Assembly (NCBI RefSeq): GCF_006345805.1
Contig: NW_021833752.1
Coordinates: 1-55,255 of the forward strand
Length of the DNA stretch: 55,255 nucleotides
From: Octopus sinensis
Taxonomy: Eukaryota
Reading direction: 5' to 3'
Part shown: piece after piece, positions 53,540-55,255 of the stretch
Layout: each line of letters opens with the position of its first letter
Numbering within the stretch: the first letter of the stretch is position 1
Made by a program: the position numbers and the translations under genes
Notes under the pieces: model-generated
What the model was told of the DNA's origin: nothing
Database searches by the model: none
What the model saw: the letters and a program-made list of their open reading frames with translations, nothing else

Positions 53540-54371
53540 ATTTATAACAGACACACGCATACTTATACGTATGTAGAATATCTGAATGAATACATCTGTT
53601 TTGCTTAGGACAGATCATTTAACCAAGCTTTACATCTACTTTCCATCACATCATTTATTTATTTATTTATTCATTTATTATCAATGCCGTCTGTTTGATA
53701 GGTCTGTGGGTGTGATGGTTATGTTATGATATATGCAATGACGTGTATGATGACGTTATAGCTGTGATCGTTGCTGCTATTGTTGTTTACGTCCAGGTCA
53801 CTCTTGACCGAGCAGATTTGTAATCAAAGACAACCCAGTAGAGATCAGACCGCCTTCTTTTCTTTTCTCGGCCGTGGATATATCTAGGATTGCATTCTCC
53901 CTTATGTTTCCCTACTTCAAGAGAGTAGCGTGTATCCATTTGTTAAATTCGTTTCCAAAACCAAGGAGAAACTAGGAGAGTTGTGGAGACAAAAAAAAAG
54001 ACATCATCATCGTCATCATCAATATCTTCGTCATTTTGAAGGACTCAAACAGATCGTGAAAGATTTGAGTGTGTGTATGTATGTGTATGTATAGTGTAGG
54101 TTGTCTTTACGCAACAATTTCAGGGAGGGTGGTGTTGCTAGGTACTTTTCCCCTCACCATACCGCCATAGAATCCACTCGTGCTGTCTGGACCTTTTGGG
54201 GATCTTACAGCCATTTGTAGATCATGTAGACGGCCACGTCTCAGCATTAGGGGGCTACCTTTAGGGCTGCGTCCTGCCGACTGTCCCAAGTGCAACAACG
54301 TGCTAGACAAGTGTTAGCGTGAGGGGTACAAATCATTCAGAAATAAGGCAAGAAGACATCAATATCATTTC

Positions 54372-54800
54372 CGCTATAGGCACGAGGCTTGAAATTTAGG
54401 GGTCGGAGGAAATCGTTTACATCGACCCCAGTACCCAGTTGGTACTTATTTTATTAACCCAGGAAAGATGAAAGACAAAGTCAACCTTGGTAGTATTTGA
54501 ACTCAGAATCTAAATCCCGGACGAAATGCCGATAAGCATTTTGTCCGGCGTGTCAACGGTTCTGGCAGCTCGCTGCCTTGAGAAGGCAAGCCATCGGTTT
54601 CATATTCTGGCACAAGGCCAGCAAATTTGGAGGTGGGGTAAGGCAATTACATCGACCTCATTGCTCGACTGGTACTTATTTTATCGATCCCGAAAGGATG
54701 AAAGCAAAGGCGACCTTGGTGGTGTTTGAAATCAGAACATAAAGCCGGACGAAATGCCGTTAAGCATTTTGTTCGGCGTATTAAGGATTCTGCTACCTCA
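54372..54800 (-). mobile_element. Two tandem diverged SINE A copies (further copies at about 33840-34050 + and 52562-52700 -)
   Basis: GGTACTTATTTTAT..GATGAAAG..TTTGAA..GGACGAAATGCC occurs twice. Confidence 0.7.
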
Positions 54801-55049
54801 CCATCTTGTGAAGACACTAATATGGAAGACATATCGGGCGAGAAAACAAACAAAAGAATCTTGCTACTAACAAAAATCAGATTTTCCTTGACCTAAGTAT
54901 GCAAATGAACTTATTAATTAATTATTAATTCTTAAGTTCTTGAAATTATCTTTCTTTTTGTCAAGCGAGTCGAATTGCTAACAGTTGCCGTTAAGTTGCC
55001 GCAAACAGTTGCCGTTAAGTTGCTTCTGACAGCTGCTTTCTTTCTGCTG

Positions 55050-55255
55050 TCGTTTGTTCCTTCTCGAGCCATGCTTGGTTCATTAGGGCCGGTTTCCCGG
55101 TTTCCTTGGCGTATAGGTTCCCCACCTGGACGGGACGCCGGTCCGTCGCAGGTGAGCAGCAAGATGCAGGAGGAAAGAGTGAGAGAAAGTTGTGGCGAAA
55201 GAGTCAGCAGAAGTTTGCCTTTACCTTCTGCCGGAGCCGCGTGGAGCTTAAGTGT
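55050..55255 (-). mobile_element. SINE family C variant, runs off the window end
   Basis: Homologous to 40253-40495 and 29595-29690. Confidence 0.7.

Overview
This is an AT-rich, microsatellite-saturated animal genomic window. The repeat content suggests a coleoid cephalopod, probably Octopus (inference). Only one host coding segment is recognisable: a 366-nt minus-strand exon (21490-21855) encoding TM3-TM5 of a cholecystokinin/sulfakinin-type rhodopsin GPCR, so the rest is probably its very large flanking introns. The introns hold a near full-length L1/Tx1-clade LINE plus two 3' fragments, Penelope-like (GIY-YIG) remnants, an R4/Dong-like restriction-endonuclease LINE fragment, an RTE 3' end, two Tc1/mariner remnants, a non-autonomous Helitron and four tRNA-derived SINE families. 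Three patterns stand out. (1) Short fold-back elements with a one-sided tail sit in (TA)n tracts, and several carry minimal hammerhead-ribozyme motifs. (2) Different retroelements appear to occupy different microsatellite types: Tx1 in (TATC)n, R4-like in (CATA)n, Penelope-type in (TA)n. (3) One SINE has captured the 3' end of the resident Tx1 LINE and forms concatemers with a recurrent junction. Nearly all other ORFs in the track are microsatellite artefacts. Repeat boundaries were read by eye and are approximate unless stated otherwise.
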